64,000 nt of DNA from Aggregatilineales bacterium (lineage in GTDB: Bacteria; Chloroflexota; Anaerolineae; Aggregatilineales; Phototrophicaceae), in contig DAIMZF010000002.1 in NCBI GenBank assembly GCA_036734085.1, forward strand, positions 20,404 through 84,403. Direction: 5' to 3'. The notes below the pieces were generated by a model. It worked only from the letters and a program-made list of their open reading frames with translations. It made no database searches and was not told where the DNA came from. Positions 28,297 through 38,704 of the stretch are shown here, piece after piece. Position 1 is the first letter of the stretch; every line of letters begins with the position of its first letter. The position numbers and the translations under genes were made by a program.

Positions 28297-29448
28297 CTAG
28301 CGGGAGCGCCGCCGCCAGCGTTCTTTAAGTTCAATTTTGCTGATGTCGGGTAATTCCAGGAACATCCCTACCAACCTCTGGAATGTATCATGCTCCAACA
28401 TCGGGAAGTGACGCACACCCGCCAATGGCACAGGCAACAGTTTGTCTTCTTTGTCTTCCGTGATGTAATTCCAGATGGCTTCTTGCGGGGACGGAATCAC
28501 CGGGTCTTGGTCGCCGTGTAGCACAACGACTGGCATTGCTAACCCCCGCAGGGTGTCCAGCGTATATCCTGCATCAAAATCCTGCGCGGCATATTCCAGC
28601 ACTTTGGAGTCACTCTTGGCGACATCCTGCTGAAGTTTTTCGTATTCCGGGTCGGACTTTTTAAAGCAATTGCCTAGCAGGGCTTCCATATCATTAGACA
28701 GCACCGCCTTAAGCGGGTTATGGCCGTTGCTCTTGGGGGTGGGTGCGTCTTCCGGTGCTGGCTGTGGCAGGGTAGGTGCAGGGATGCTGATAGACGCAGG
28801 CTGGTTTTCTGCCGCTTTGCGTTGCTCGGCTAAAAAAGCCGCCGCCCGCCGCAGGGCGTCCCGGTCAATTGTGCTGGGGTTGCGTAGGGTCTCGCGCAGG
28901 GCGCTAGGCAATGTCTTATCATCATCCGCGATGACTTGTAAGTCCGCCTCTTTTTTGCGGCGGTTATCCATCCCGGCGGGGATTGTCTTCTCTACCGCTG
29001 TGTTGACCACTGGCGCGGCGGTGGCATTGGTCAGGTAAACCTGTTTACCCGGCGGGATGCGATTCTCTAAATCACCGGGATCAAACAATGGCACACTGAC
29101 AAGCAACATTCGGGCGACGCGATCGGGGTATTGACGGGCGAATTCTATTGCCACCTGCGCGCCATAACCATGTGCCAGTACCGCGACTTTGGGGATGCCT
29201 AACTGCTCCATAAATTCATCCAGCAAGCGCACCTGAGACTTCAGCGCGTACTTTTGTGGGTTCTTGCCGGAATCCCCATAGCCGAACAAATCGAGCGCGT
29301 ACACGCGATATTTTAGCTGAAGCTGGCGCATTGTGGGAATCCAATAGCGCCAGGAGCCAATCCAGCCATGTAATAAAACGACCGGGCGTCCGCCGCGTCC
29401 TAATACTTCGTAATGAACCAAGTCTCCGTCTACAGTGATGGCACTCAT
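28297..29448 (-). CDS. Alpha/beta-hydrolase-fold protein lacking the nucleophile Ser, with a long Pro/Ala-rich insertion
   Basis: 383-aa ORF. The N-terminus is paralogous to the 41234-42022 product (VHYEVLGRGGRPVVLLHGWIGSWRYW). The elbow is AHGYGA (29158-29172) where GHSMGG is expected. Asp (HGDQDPV) and His (VRHFP) are retained. An insert of ~130 aa lies between core strands. Confidence 0.7.
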   Translation of the reverse strand: MSAITVDGDLVHYEVLGRGGRPVVLLHGWIGSWRYWIPTMRQLQLKYRVYALDLFGYGDSGKNPQKYALKSQVRLLDEFMEQLGIPKVAVLAHGYGAQVAIEFARQYPDRVARMLLVSVPLFDPGDLENRIPPGKQVYLTNATAAPVVNTAVEKTIPAGMDNRRKKEADLQVIADDDKTLPSALRETLRNPSTIDRDALRRAAAFLAEQRKAAENQPASISIPAPTLPQPAPEDAPTPKSNGHNPLKAVLSNDMEALLGNCFKKSDPEYEKLQQDVAKSDSKVLEYAAQDFDAGYTLDTLRGLAMPVVVLHGDQDPVIPSPQEAIWNYITEDKEDKLLPVPLAGVRHFPMLEHDTFQRLVGMFLELPDISKIELKERWRRRSR

Positions 29449-29479
29449 GAAACTTTATTTTCCCCATTTATGGCAATCA

Positions 29480-29857
29480 TCATAACGCGCCGATTTGCCC
29501 TAGAATTTCATTAACACGCTGGGTCAATTCATCGGGCGCGAAGGGCTTGAGTAAGTAAGCATAGGCCCCAACCTCTGCGCCTTTTTCGATTTCTTCGTCC
29601 TGGCCTTTGGCCGTTAAAAACACGACAGGCACATCTTTTAAATGCTCAATGGCTTTGATGCGTCTGCACGCTTCGTAGCCTGTTAGTTTGGGCATTCGCA
29701 CATCCATCATAATCAAATCAGGTGTGACTTCCTGTGCTTTTTCTACCGCTTCTTCGCCATTGGCCGCCAACGTGACCTGATGCCCGGCAAAGGTCAGCAT
29801 GATGTTGATGAGTTCGCGGATGTCGCGCTCGTCTTCCGCAATGAGGATATGTGCCAT
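29480..29857 (-). CDS. Single-domain CheY-like response regulator
   Basis: 125-aa ORF with ILIAEDERD, DLIMMDVRMPKLTG and LLKPF. It starts 5 nt downstream of the kinase stop. Confidence 0.9.
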   Translation of the reverse strand: MAHILIAEDERDIRELINIMLTFAGHQVTLAANGEEAVEKAQEVTPDLIMMDVRMPKLTGYEACRRIKAIEHLKDVPVVFLTAKGQDEEIEKGAEVGAYAYLLKPFAPDELTQRVNEILGQIGAL

Positions 29858-29862
29858 GATGT

Positions 29863-32800
29863 CTAATTATTCCCACTATTGGGTGATGATGAATACAGAT
29901 ATTCTGGCTGGTAGTAGGGCAAGGCAACATAGAAAGTTGTGCCTACGCCTGTTTCGGATTCAAACCAGACTTCACCGTGATGCATCTCAACCAATTCTTT
30001 AACAATCGATAACCCCAGTCCTGTACCGGCGACTTCCAATGTTACTGCTGTGTCATCGTCGCGTTTAAAGCGTTCCCACACGCTATCGCGGAAGCCTTCC
30101 GGCACGCCGACGCCTGTATCCGCCACACTCACAAGCAGACGGTTACGGTCATCCTGCGGCGTTAACTCCACTGATATAGTACCATTGGCGGGGGTGTAGT
30201 TAAAGGCGTTGTCTACTAAATTATTGATAACTTGCGTCAGTTTGTCCGCGTCGCCCTGGATCAATGGCAGGTCGCCGATGGGGTCAAACTGCACATCCAA
30301 CCGTTTGCTTTGATGTTGTGGGCGCGATTGGATATGCTCCAACACTTGCTCTACAATCGTATTCATATCAACCATCTGCACGCTCAGGCGCTCCCGCCCG
30401 GAGTCAATCTTGGAGATGTTCAACACGTCTTCCACGAGTGCGGCCAGGCGCGTGATGTTATCTTTGATGGTGGTCAGCATCATTTTTTGCTGGTCACCGA
30501 CTTCGCCAAATGCACCCATCAGTAGCAAATCATTGTAGCCCTTAATGGATGTTAGCGGCGTGCGGAACTCGTGCGATACGTTCGCCACAAACTCCGCCTT
30601 GCTTTGCTCCGCGAGGACTTCGCGTGTTACGTCACGGAACACCGAGACCGTGCCCAAGAACTTTTCGCCCGTGTAAACAGGGGATAGATGCACGCTGACG
30701 GTTCTATTGCCCAGCGTAATACGCTCATCCAGGAATTCTTCGCGCATGTAATCTGGGTTACGCAATTTTTCTTCCAGTGTTTCCGCCCAGGAAGCGGCTG
30801 TCGCGCCATACACACCGGTGATTTGACTCAGTGGTTGGCCGATAGCCTCATTACGTGGCATACGGAAGATGCGCTCTGCGGCATTGTTAAATAGCAGAAT
30901 TCGTCCTTCGGAGTCTGCCAACACCACACCATCCGCGATGCCTTCCAGAATGGCTTTGTTCTTGTCGGCTTCTTCCTGCTCTGCGCGGAGCAGTGTACCC
31001 AGACGTTCCGCTTGCTCACGGATCATCTTATAAAGTTCCGCGTTATTGATAGAGGATGCAACCTGATTCGCCGCCGCAACCATCAAACGGACGTGTGACT
31101 CGTGGAAGGCGTTCTCGTCACGGCTGAGTAGCACCATTACGCCGAGCAGTTCTTCGTTAGTCTCCAGCAAAACACCGATGGCACTACGCCAGTCTTTGCC
31201 GCCGGGCATGTCTAAATCCCAGTATTCTTCGGTATGCAGGTTGTTCACCAGCCGCACATGCTCATCTTCCATGATAATCCAGCGTGCGATGCGCTCCGCC
31301 GGATGCAGAGGACGCTCACCTGTGGGATTTTCGTAGAGTGAATTCGGGTTCATCGTCGCACGACTGTAAAGTTGGTCTGTGATGGGGTCTAATTGCATGA
31401 TCACCCCATCTTGTGCGCCGACGGCCTTCGCCACCATACCCAACGCGCGCGGCATTAACCTGTCCATATCCAGCGTCCGCGCTAATTCCGACGTGATTTG
31501 ATACAGTTTGTCGATGCGGTCGCGTTCTTCTTCCAACTCGCGGGTACGCTCCGCGACTTCGCGCTCCATATCATCGGCAAAACTGCTCACCTGACGGAAC
31601 AGACGTGCGTTCTGGATGGCCGCGCCCAACTGAGAGCCGACGATGGTGAGAATACGTTGCTCATTGATGGTAAAAGCGCGGGTGCGCTTGGTATCTCGCA
31701 CGGCCAACACACCGTAGACCTCATCCCCTGCGATGAGCGGAACACCGAGATAGCTCCGTGCTTCGCCTTCGCCATTGGTGATGCCCAAACTCTTGCGTAG
31801 TTCATCCGGGCTGTAATAATCCGCCCCTAAGTTCAACGGACGGCGGTGCTTGATGATAAACGATACTTCATCGTTAGAGAGCTTACGCGGTGGGATGCCG
31901 TAAGTTTCGCCATAGCGCACCGCTAATGGGAATGTGATTGATTCCGTCGCGCTATCATACAATGCCAGATACAGTTCGCTTGCACCTGTCACACTCGGCA
32001 ATTGCTCGCGCACGACCTCGAACATATCTTCCACGTCCAGCGTGCTAGAGATAGCGCGGCTGAGGTCGTTAATCATCAACGATTCTTCAAAGTGGGCGGT
32101 TGTCTCTGCGGATAGTCGGGCGTTTTCAATGGCGACCGCCACCTGTGCGCCCAATGCCCGCGCCAACCGGACTTTCTGCTGTGTAATCGCCTCACCAGAT
32201 TTTGTGCCCAGCACAATCAATCCGCGTGAGGTTTCGCTGACAACCAACGGCACAAGCATTCGGGCCGCATCGCCTACTTGCTGGATGCTTTCAACCTCTC
32301 TGGGGTAGGGTGTGTTTTCGTCTTCGCGCATGATGACGACCACTTCGCGGTCTTTAAGCGCACGCAGACGGGCGGGGTATTGGCTGAGGTCATAGTGTGT
32401 GCCGGACGGCGCCATAAGCGATGTGTCGCCTTCACGGTTCATATCAAGCTGGACTTCCAGCAGATTATCGACTTCGTCCCAAATCATGATGGCGCAGTTG
32501 TCCATCTCTAACGCGCTGAACATTAATTCCACCACTGTCTGGAACACAGATGCAAGGTCTGTGGTGAGCGATGTGGCTTGTGCGGCCTCTAACAATGTGC
32601 CCAGTTCGTTGGTGCGGTCAAACGTCTGCTCGAACAAATCCGCATTCGCCAACGCAATCGCTACCTGACTGGCAAACGCAAACGCGATATTCTGGTCGGA
32701 ACGGCTATCGTAGGTAAAGGGCTTATCGTTGACAATCATCATCAAGCCCACCACATGCCCCTGATTCACCAGAGGGACGCTCATCCAGCTTTTGAAGTCT

Positions 32801-35800
32801 TTGTGAGGCACGGCATCCGGCAATTGCACGTCGCCACTTGCCACTACCACACGCTGAGATTCCACCACCTGCCGGATCATCTCGTAATCGCTGAATAAAA
32901 AGCGGATGTTGGGCGCGGTATCGTGGTTGGTGGTACGTTCCAACACCATGTAAGAGCCATTGCGCCGCCATAGTGAAACCGATGTGTGCGGGATAAGCCA
33001 GACCATTTCTTCTAAGGCTAAATCCACCACTTCTTCGCGTTCCAATGATGATGTGATGCGCGTGGAAACATCCGTCAGTGCGGCCAACTGGTTCGCGCGC
33101 GATTCCATCGCTTGCTCCAGGCGGGAGCGTTCGGTAACGTCTTCTACCAAGACCACCGCACCGCGTACTGTCGTGCCAAAACGCAAGGGGTAGATGTAGA
33201 AGTTGGTTGTCACGATTTCATCAGAGGCGATATTCACGGCCTGATTAGTAATGCTTTCCGGCGTGCCTTGCGTCAGCGTGATGGTCAGCTTTTCGGCCAG
33301 GATTGCCGCAACTTCCGGCAGATAGTCCGCAAGGTTTTGTCCGCTTGTGGTATAACCCCACTGGTAACGCTCCACCAGGAAGCCATTAACGCTGATGAGC
33401 TTGCCCAGATTATCCAGCACCATAATCCCCTGTTGGATAGACTGCACAACGGACTCATTCAGGATTTGCAGGTTCACTGCTTGGTCGAACAAGCGCGCAT
33501 TTTGCACGGAACTGGCGACAAACTGCGCCATACGCCGTAATAATTGCCGGAATTCGCGTAGTTCGGCGGTGTGCGAGGCGGTGACGCCAATATGGACAAC
33601 CCCTAATGACTCGCCGCCTGTTTGTAGCGGCAAGATGAGTGTGGCCGCATCGCCGTTTGTATGCCATTCGCGCAGGTCGCTATATTTTTCCAGTTCGACA
33701 TCGTCGGCTGTGTAGAGGTAATCGCGGCTTTCGGTCAGGGTGCGGTGGATGGCCGTATCGCCTAAGTGCTGACGTAGATCGTGCAGAACATCAAAATCGC
33801 CGTCACTGCGGCTGATGACATGCGAAAAATCGAAGGCGTCGTCCGGTGTACGCAGAACAAATGTCATGCGTGCAAACGGCAATATCTGGACAATGCCGCG
33901 TGCCACTGCACGTACAATGCCATCAATGTCCAACGTGCTGGAAACAGCCTCCAGGATGTCGTTCAACTGCGCTTCTTGTTCCGCGCTGGCTAAACTGGAT
34001 AGATACAAACGTGTATTTTCAATCGTGGAAGCCGCTTGATTGGCGAAAATCTCCAGTACTTCTACCGTGCCTCTATCCGGGCGCATGTTGGTATGAGGCC
34101 GGTCAAGGCACATCAGGCCGATGAGCGCCCCTGATGGCCCGGTCATCCGCACGACGAATAAATCGCCATCGTGCCAACTCTCTTTATCGGACATATCCAA
34201 CGTGCGATTACCGTCGAAATGGGCGCTGAGAGATTGCACACCCTCGACGAACCAATCCTTGACTTGCTCCACCGGGAAGAAGTACGACTCGCTGATGCGG
34301 AAATCCGGCTTAAATAAGTTCTCTAGCGCCTCCACAGGCAGGGTATTATGGCGGCTCTGGTTAAAGGTATCTAACGGTAGCCCTGCATGAGCCACCCGGC
34401 GCAGGGTATTGGTATCAGCGTCCATCAGCAACATAACAATCGCGTCAAAACCGACGGACTGTTGCACGCTGTAGGCGATAGCTTCCAGGATGCTGGCTGG
34501 GTCTGCGTTGCTCTGCACCATATGGCCTAGCTCGAAGATACGGTTAAGCTGGTCAACACGGCGACGCAGATTTTCGCTCCGGTCAAGCTGTTCCTGGTAA
34601 CGCACAGCATTCCCGTAGCCCAGAGATGCTTTAACCGCCATCGTCATCATAAAGGCGCTGGCGCGGTCATCAAAGTGGTTGGCACGCTCGTGGAATAAGT
34701 GAATTGTGCCGACGATTTCTTCGATGTGCAAAATGGGCACAACCAGCGCGGAACGTGCCTCTGCTGGAATGGGCGTCATTGTGCTGAGGTCGTAGTCCGT
34801 GACGTTGACGGGGGAACCGTTGGTATGTAGTGCCTCGCGCTCTGCGTCGGTGAGGCCTTTAATCTCTTTCTGTAGGCCGATGCGTTGCGTCACACGCTCC
34901 TCACCCGGCACAATCAATGCGATGGTGCATCCGGTGGCGCTTGTTGCGCGGATGGATTCCTCTGCGATGACCTTCAAAATAGGTTCTAAGTCCAGCGTGG
35001 CCGTTAACTCGTTGCTGACGCGAGAAACAGCGTCCAGTTCTTCGATACGACGGCTGAGGTTTTCACCCGTTGCTTCGTACAACAGCAGGCGGTCAAGCGC
35101 GGCGGCAATCTGCGCGGCCACGACTTGCATAACTTCCAGGTCTTCACGGGTGAAGGGCGTATCCGTATAGCGATTGCCGATGCCTAACTCTCCCAGTTGA
35201 CGTTCACCGAAGACCAATGGAACAATCAAGCCGTTGTGCAGGTTCAGCCGTTGTGCAACTTGCCGGTAGCTGATGTTCACGGTGTCTCCGTCTTCGCCTT
35301 CATTCAATATCATCGGCTTTTGGGAGGATGTGACACTTTTATCAAAACCGGCGGCGTATATATCCTGATACAAGGGTTCGCTAAGTTCCGCACCGTAAAC
35401 CCAACGCGGATACGTGACTAAGTTGCCACTATCCACTACACTGACGAACACCGTTTCCACTTCATTGAGCAGGGCAATCTCGGCCAGCACAGGCGTGAAT
35501 GATTCTTGTGATGTTAATACGTTGCCTGCAAGTTCTGCCACGCGGCGCAGATTCTGTGCTTGCTCTGCGCGGCGTTGTGCTTCGCGGAACAGGCGCGCAT
35601 TTTCAATAATGGCGGCGGCTTGTGTGGCGAAGATGAGCAAGAGCCGGGCGTCATTGTTGGTGAAGTCTTCCCCGTTGCGCTTGTTGGCCGCTTGCACCAG
35701 GCCTAAGCGCCGCCCACTGGCCTGCATCACGCCGAACATCGTCTTCTGGATGCCCATTTGTGCCATTGTTTCGTCCAACTTAGCGGCGAAGAACAATGTA

Positions 35801-37563
35801 TCGGCCTGAACACGGTTACTGTACCAATAACGCTCTTCCTCCCATAGTTGCCGCATAATTGTATTCGGCAACACCGGGATTTGATATCGCCCGGAAAGTG
35901 TGTCGTCCACACCATAGAACGGTAATTGGCAGACGAGGCGCTCGTTGGCTTCGTCATAGAGCAAAATTCCGGCGATTTCAATATTCATTAAGTTGGCGAT
36001 ACGCTCGGTGATGTCGCCGTAGAATTCCGCTTCGTGGCTTAATGAGCCGATGGCGTTGGTGATTTCCTGCAAGCCGATGAGTTCAGCATCCATCTGTTGC
36101 TCACGCTCGAACAAGCGCAGGTTTTCAATCACGACGGCGACCTGCACCGCGAGGATGGTTAAATTCTGGATGTCGGAGTTATTAAAGCCGCCTTCAGCGC
36201 GTTTATTGCTGACGGCAATGACACCGATGCGCGACCCGCCAAGCGTTAGCGGCATCCATACCGTGTTGATGATACCCGATAGGCTGACGATGGGAGCCAA
36301 GCCTAAAGACTCGACTAACGGCTCGTCCTGCACATCATTGGAAATCCAGTATTGTTGATTATTCCAGATGCCCGCTTGGGGTGTGCCTTTGGTAAGCGGA
36401 ATGAAAATATTGCGGACGAGGGCTTCCGGCAAGCCCTGTACAGGGGATTGCATGACCAGCCCGTTACGCTCACTGTCATACAGCAGGATGCCGCACATAT
36501 CTGCATCCAGCAGATGCGCGATGCGCTCGTTGAGTGTGGCATAGACGTTTTCTATGCCTTCGTTTTGCGTGTTAGCGGCTTCCATAGATTGCTGGAACAT
36601 CGCAATATCGCTAATGCGCCGCGTCTGTTGGGAATAAACATCTGTGTTATAGATGGTCACGGCGGCGGGTTTGGAGATAGCTTGTAATAGCGCCATATCG
36701 CCGGGCGTAAAGGCTCCCGGCAGGCGGCTGGCAAGCTCCATTGTGCCGATGAGCTTATCGCCTAAAACAATGGGTGTAGCGACGAAGCTCTGATATTCTG
36801 TAGGGAGTTTGGTCTGGATGGCGGCGGTGGCCTGTGTCTCGATGAGAACAGGCTGGCGGTTTTCCGCAATCCACCCCGTGATGCCTTCGCCCATCTGGTA
36901 AAAACCGCCAGCTTCCGCCAGTGCTAACAGGTAGGTGGTATCCCCCGCCCATCCGCGCTGGTTGAGCACTTGTTCATTTTCATCCCATAGGCTGATTTCC
37001 GCCGCATCAAAGCGGATATATTTGCCTATGATGGTCAAAATGGCTTGCAGGGCTGGTTCCAGGCTGAGTGTGACGTTTACCGTATCGCCTATCTCGTTGA
37101 TAATCGCCATCGCCCGCCCCATGTCAAGTACATCGGGGTTGCTGGTATTGCTGGCAAGCTCCCGCAGGACGACAACTGTCCGCATCTCCGTACCTGCCGG
37201 GATGCGGTGCGACGAACCTTCCACCCAACGTTGCTCTAGCTGGAAGGACGCCTGTCCTTCCCCCGCGAACAACCCTAGAAAAGTATTTGTCGGCTCTGCC
37301 ATGCGTGCCAATTGCTCCAGGTGCGGTTGTCCACCGTTGAGCTTGAGCATCCGCCGGGCAGGGGCGTTCAGATAGATAAGTTTGCCGTGTTCATGGGCGA
37401 CAATCACCGCGTCCCCGTGTCCTACCGTAGGCACGGTGTGTGGGGCAATCATGTCGTCAAGGTCAAAGTCCGCGTCGGCCTGTACCTCCCGCGAACGTGC
37501 CCAAAAGTAAATCCATGCGATGGTAACCAGACCACCCAAAAATAACACAAGCGCCAAATTCAT
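29863..37563 (-). CDS. Giant membrane-anchored multi-GAF/PAS sensor histidine kinase
   Basis: 2566-aa ORF with one N-terminal TM helix. About 10-11 GAF-like modules each end in an (I/V)(E/Q)NARL(F/Y)-type helix. There are at least two PAS-like modules (IQQGIMVLDNLGKLISVN, ILEGIADGVVLADSEGRILLFN). Kinase motifs are H-box SHEFRTPLTSI, N-box NLVDNAFNYT and G-boxes DTGVGV / GTGLGLSI. Confidence 0.9.
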   Translation of the reverse strand: MNLALVLFLGGLVTIAWIYFWARSREVQADADFDLDDMIAPHTVPTVGHGDAVIVAHEHGKLIYLNAPARRMLKLNGGQPHLEQLARMAEPTNTFLGLFAGEGQASFQLEQRWVEGSSHRIPAGTEMRTVVVLRELASNTSNPDVLDMGRAMAIINEIGDTVNVTLSLEPALQAILTIIGKYIRFDAAEISLWDENEQVLNQRGWAGDTTYLLALAEAGGFYQMGEGITGWIAENRQPVLIETQATAAIQTKLPTEYQSFVATPIVLGDKLIGTMELASRLPGAFTPGDMALLQAISKPAAVTIYNTDVYSQQTRRISDIAMFQQSMEAANTQNEGIENVYATLNERIAHLLDADMCGILLYDSERNGLVMQSPVQGLPEALVRNIFIPLTKGTPQAGIWNNQQYWISNDVQDEPLVESLGLAPIVSLSGIINTVWMPLTLGGSRIGVIAVSNKRAEGGFNNSDIQNLTILAVQVAVVIENLRLFEREQQMDAELIGLQEITNAIGSLSHEAEFYGDITERIANLMNIEIAGILLYDEANERLVCQLPFYGVDDTLSGRYQIPVLPNTIMRQLWEEERYWYSNRVQADTLFFAAKLDETMAQMGIQKTMFGVMQASGRRLGLVQAANKRNGEDFTNNDARLLLIFATQAAAIIENARLFREAQRRAEQAQNLRRVAELAGNVLTSQESFTPVLAEIALLNEVETVFVSVVDSGNLVTYPRWVYGAELSEPLYQDIYAAGFDKSVTSSQKPMILNEGEDGDTVNISYRQVAQRLNLHNGLIVPLVFGERQLGELGIGNRYTDTPFTREDLEVMQVVAAQIAAALDRLLLYEATGENLSRRIEELDAVSRVSNELTATLDLEPILKVIAEESIRATSATGCTIALIVPGEERVTQRIGLQKEIKGLTDAEREALHTNGSPVNVTDYDLSTMTPIPAEARSALVVPILHIEEIVGTIHLFHERANHFDDRASAFMMTMAVKASLGYGNAVRYQEQLDRSENLRRRVDQLNRIFELGHMVQSNADPASILEAIAYSVQQSVGFDAIVMLLMDADTNTLRRVAHAGLPLDTFNQSRHNTLPVEALENLFKPDFRISESYFFPVEQVKDWFVEGVQSLSAHFDGNRTLDMSDKESWHDGDLFVVRMTGPSGALIGLMCLDRPHTNMRPDRGTVEVLEIFANQAASTIENTRLYLSSLASAEQEAQLNDILEAVSSTLDIDGIVRAVARGIVQILPFARMTFVLRTPDDAFDFSHVISRSDGDFDVLHDLRQHLGDTAIHRTLTESRDYLYTADDVELEKYSDLREWHTNGDAATLILPLQTGGESLGVVHIGVTASHTAELREFRQLLRRMAQFVASSVQNARLFDQAVNLQILNESVVQSIQQGIMVLDNLGKLISVNGFLVERYQWGYTTSGQNLADYLPEVAAILAEKLTITLTQGTPESITNQAVNIASDEIVTTNFYIYPLRFGTTVRGAVVLVEDVTERSRLEQAMESRANQLAALTDVSTRITSSLEREEVVDLALEEMVWLIPHTSVSLWRRNGSYMVLERTTNHDTAPNIRFLFSDYEMIRQVVESQRVVVASGDVQLPDAVPHKDFKSWMSVPLVNQGHVVGLMMIVNDKPFTYDSRSDQNIAFAFASQVAIALANADLFEQTFDRTNELGTLLEAAQATSLTTDLASVFQTVVELMFSALEMDNCAIMIWDEVDNLLEVQLDMNREGDTSLMAPSGTHYDLSQYPARLRALKDREVVVIMREDENTPYPREVESIQQVGDAARMLVPLVVSETSRGLIVLGTKSGEAITQQKVRLARALGAQVAVAIENARLSAETTAHFEESLMINDLSRAISSTLDVEDMFEVVREQLPSVTGASELYLALYDSATESITFPLAVRYGETYGIPPRKLSNDEVSFIIKHRRPLNLGADYYSPDELRKSLGITNGEGEARSYLGVPLIAGDEVYGVLAVRDTKRTRAFTINEQRILTIVGSQLGAAIQNARLFRQVSSFADDMEREVAERTRELEEERDRIDKLYQITSELARTLDMDRLMPRALGMVAKAVGAQDGVIMQLDPITDQLYSRATMNPNSLYENPTGERPLHPAERIARWIIMEDEHVRLVNNLHTEEYWDLDMPGGKDWRSAIGVLLETNEELLGVMVLLSRDENAFHESHVRLMVAAANQVASSINNAELYKMIREQAERLGTLLRAEQEEADKNKAILEGIADGVVLADSEGRILLFNNAAERIFRMPRNEAIGQPLSQITGVYGATAASWAETLEEKLRNPDYMREEFLDERITLGNRTVSVHLSPVYTGEKFLGTVSVFRDVTREVLAEQSKAEFVANVSHEFRTPLTSIKGYNDLLLMGAFGEVGDQQKMMLTTIKDNITRLAALVEDVLNISKIDSGRERLSVQMVDMNTIVEQVLEHIQSRPQHQSKRLDVQFDPIGDLPLIQGDADKLTQVINNLVDNAFNYTPANGTISVELTPQDDRNRLLVSVADTGVGVPEGFRDSVWERFKRDDDTAVTLEVAGTGLGLSIVKELVEMHHGEVWFESETGVGTTFYVALPYYQPEYLYSSSPNSGNN

Positions 37564-37630
37564 AGCATAAACCTCACGTCACACACAAAATGCACCAAGC
37601 AACGGGATACCGGCGCTATCGGCGCATTGA

Positions 37631-38566
37631 TTACCAGGAGGTCGGGATAGGGGTGCTGGCGTCACCGCTTTCGCTTTCGCCCCGCCGCCGGTTGTCGGCG
37701 GCTAGTTCGGTAATTTCGCGGATGTCGGAGAATTGATGGGTCTGGGTAGAAACAACACCGACAGCCAGCGACATAAGTTCTACCTGTTTTTCACTCGCCC
37801 CGTTGCCATCCGGCACAAGGATATAACCACGTTCACGGTCAATAAACGAATAATGCTGTTTAATGCCGTCGTCAAAGCGCTCACTCATGCGGGCTTGCAC
37901 TTTTTTAGCATCTTCTACATGGGTGATGATGATAAAATTATCGCTACCCGGATGCCCGATGAAGTCGTCCGGCGTGCCGATGTCGTCCACCACTTCCCGT
38001 AAGACCATCGCCATAAAACGGATGACCTCATCGCCCGCCACAAAGCCGTAAACTTCGCGGAATTGGTCAAATGTATTGATTTTGATGTCGAGGTATGTCC
38101 AGGTCTGGCCTTCACGCATCAAATTACGCAGATGGTCTTCGATGAGCGTGCCAGTCGGCAACTGTGATTTTGGGTCTAGGTTCACCTGCCGTTTGGCGGC
38201 GGTGATGGCGTTTTGCACACGCAGTTTAAGCTCTTCAATGTCGAAGGGCTTGGTCACATAATCATCCGCGCCTAGTTCCAGCCCGATGATTTTGTCACTG
38301 CGTTCGTCACGTTGCGTCAGGAAGATAATCGGTACGTGCTTGGTGCGCGTCGTCGTGCGGAGTTCGCGGCACACGTCGTATCCGTTCATATCCGGTAGCA
38401 TAATATCCAGCATGATGAGGTCGGGCAATTGCTTGCGTGTCATGGAGAGCGCATCCCCGCCACGCGGCGCGACCTGCACTTCATAACCCTGCCCGCTAAA
38501 GTAAATCCTCAGCATGTTTGAGATGTCGAAGTCGTCTTCAACGACCAGAATCCTGCCTTTACTCAT
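37631..38566 (-). CDS. Response regulator with a degenerate GGDEF output domain
   Basis: Start set to ATG 38566 (MSKGRILVVEDD, with an AGAGGGG SD). REC motifs are DLIMLDIMLPDMNG and TKPF. The GGDEF-fold region is INTFDQFREVYGFVAGDEVI, but the signature reads GSDNF (37934-37948). Confidence 0.85.
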   Translation of the reverse strand: MSKGRILVVEDDFDISNMLRIYFSGQGYEVQVAPRGGDALSMTRKQLPDLIMLDIMLPDMNGYDVCRELRTTTRTKHVPIIFLTQRDERSDKIIGLELGADDYVTKPFDIEELKLRVQNAITAAKRQVNLDPKSQLPTGTLIEDHLRNLMREGQTWTYLDIKINTFDQFREVYGFVAGDEVIRFMAMVLREVVDDIGTPDDFIGHPGSDNFIIITHVEDAKKVQARMSERFDDGIKQHYSFIDRERGYILVPDGNGASEKQVELMSLAVGVVSTQTHQFSDIREITELAADNRRRGESESGDASTPIPTSW

Positions 38567-38704
38567 GGTATGAGCCCCTCTTAGTTTTGGGATTAAGCTC
38601 AAAACGAAGAAATGATAACGTACATTAACTATACACGATATGCGCCGAACCTGCACAAAATTGGCAAGGCTTTGTTAGAGATTACTAACACAGCCTCTTA
38701 TAGT

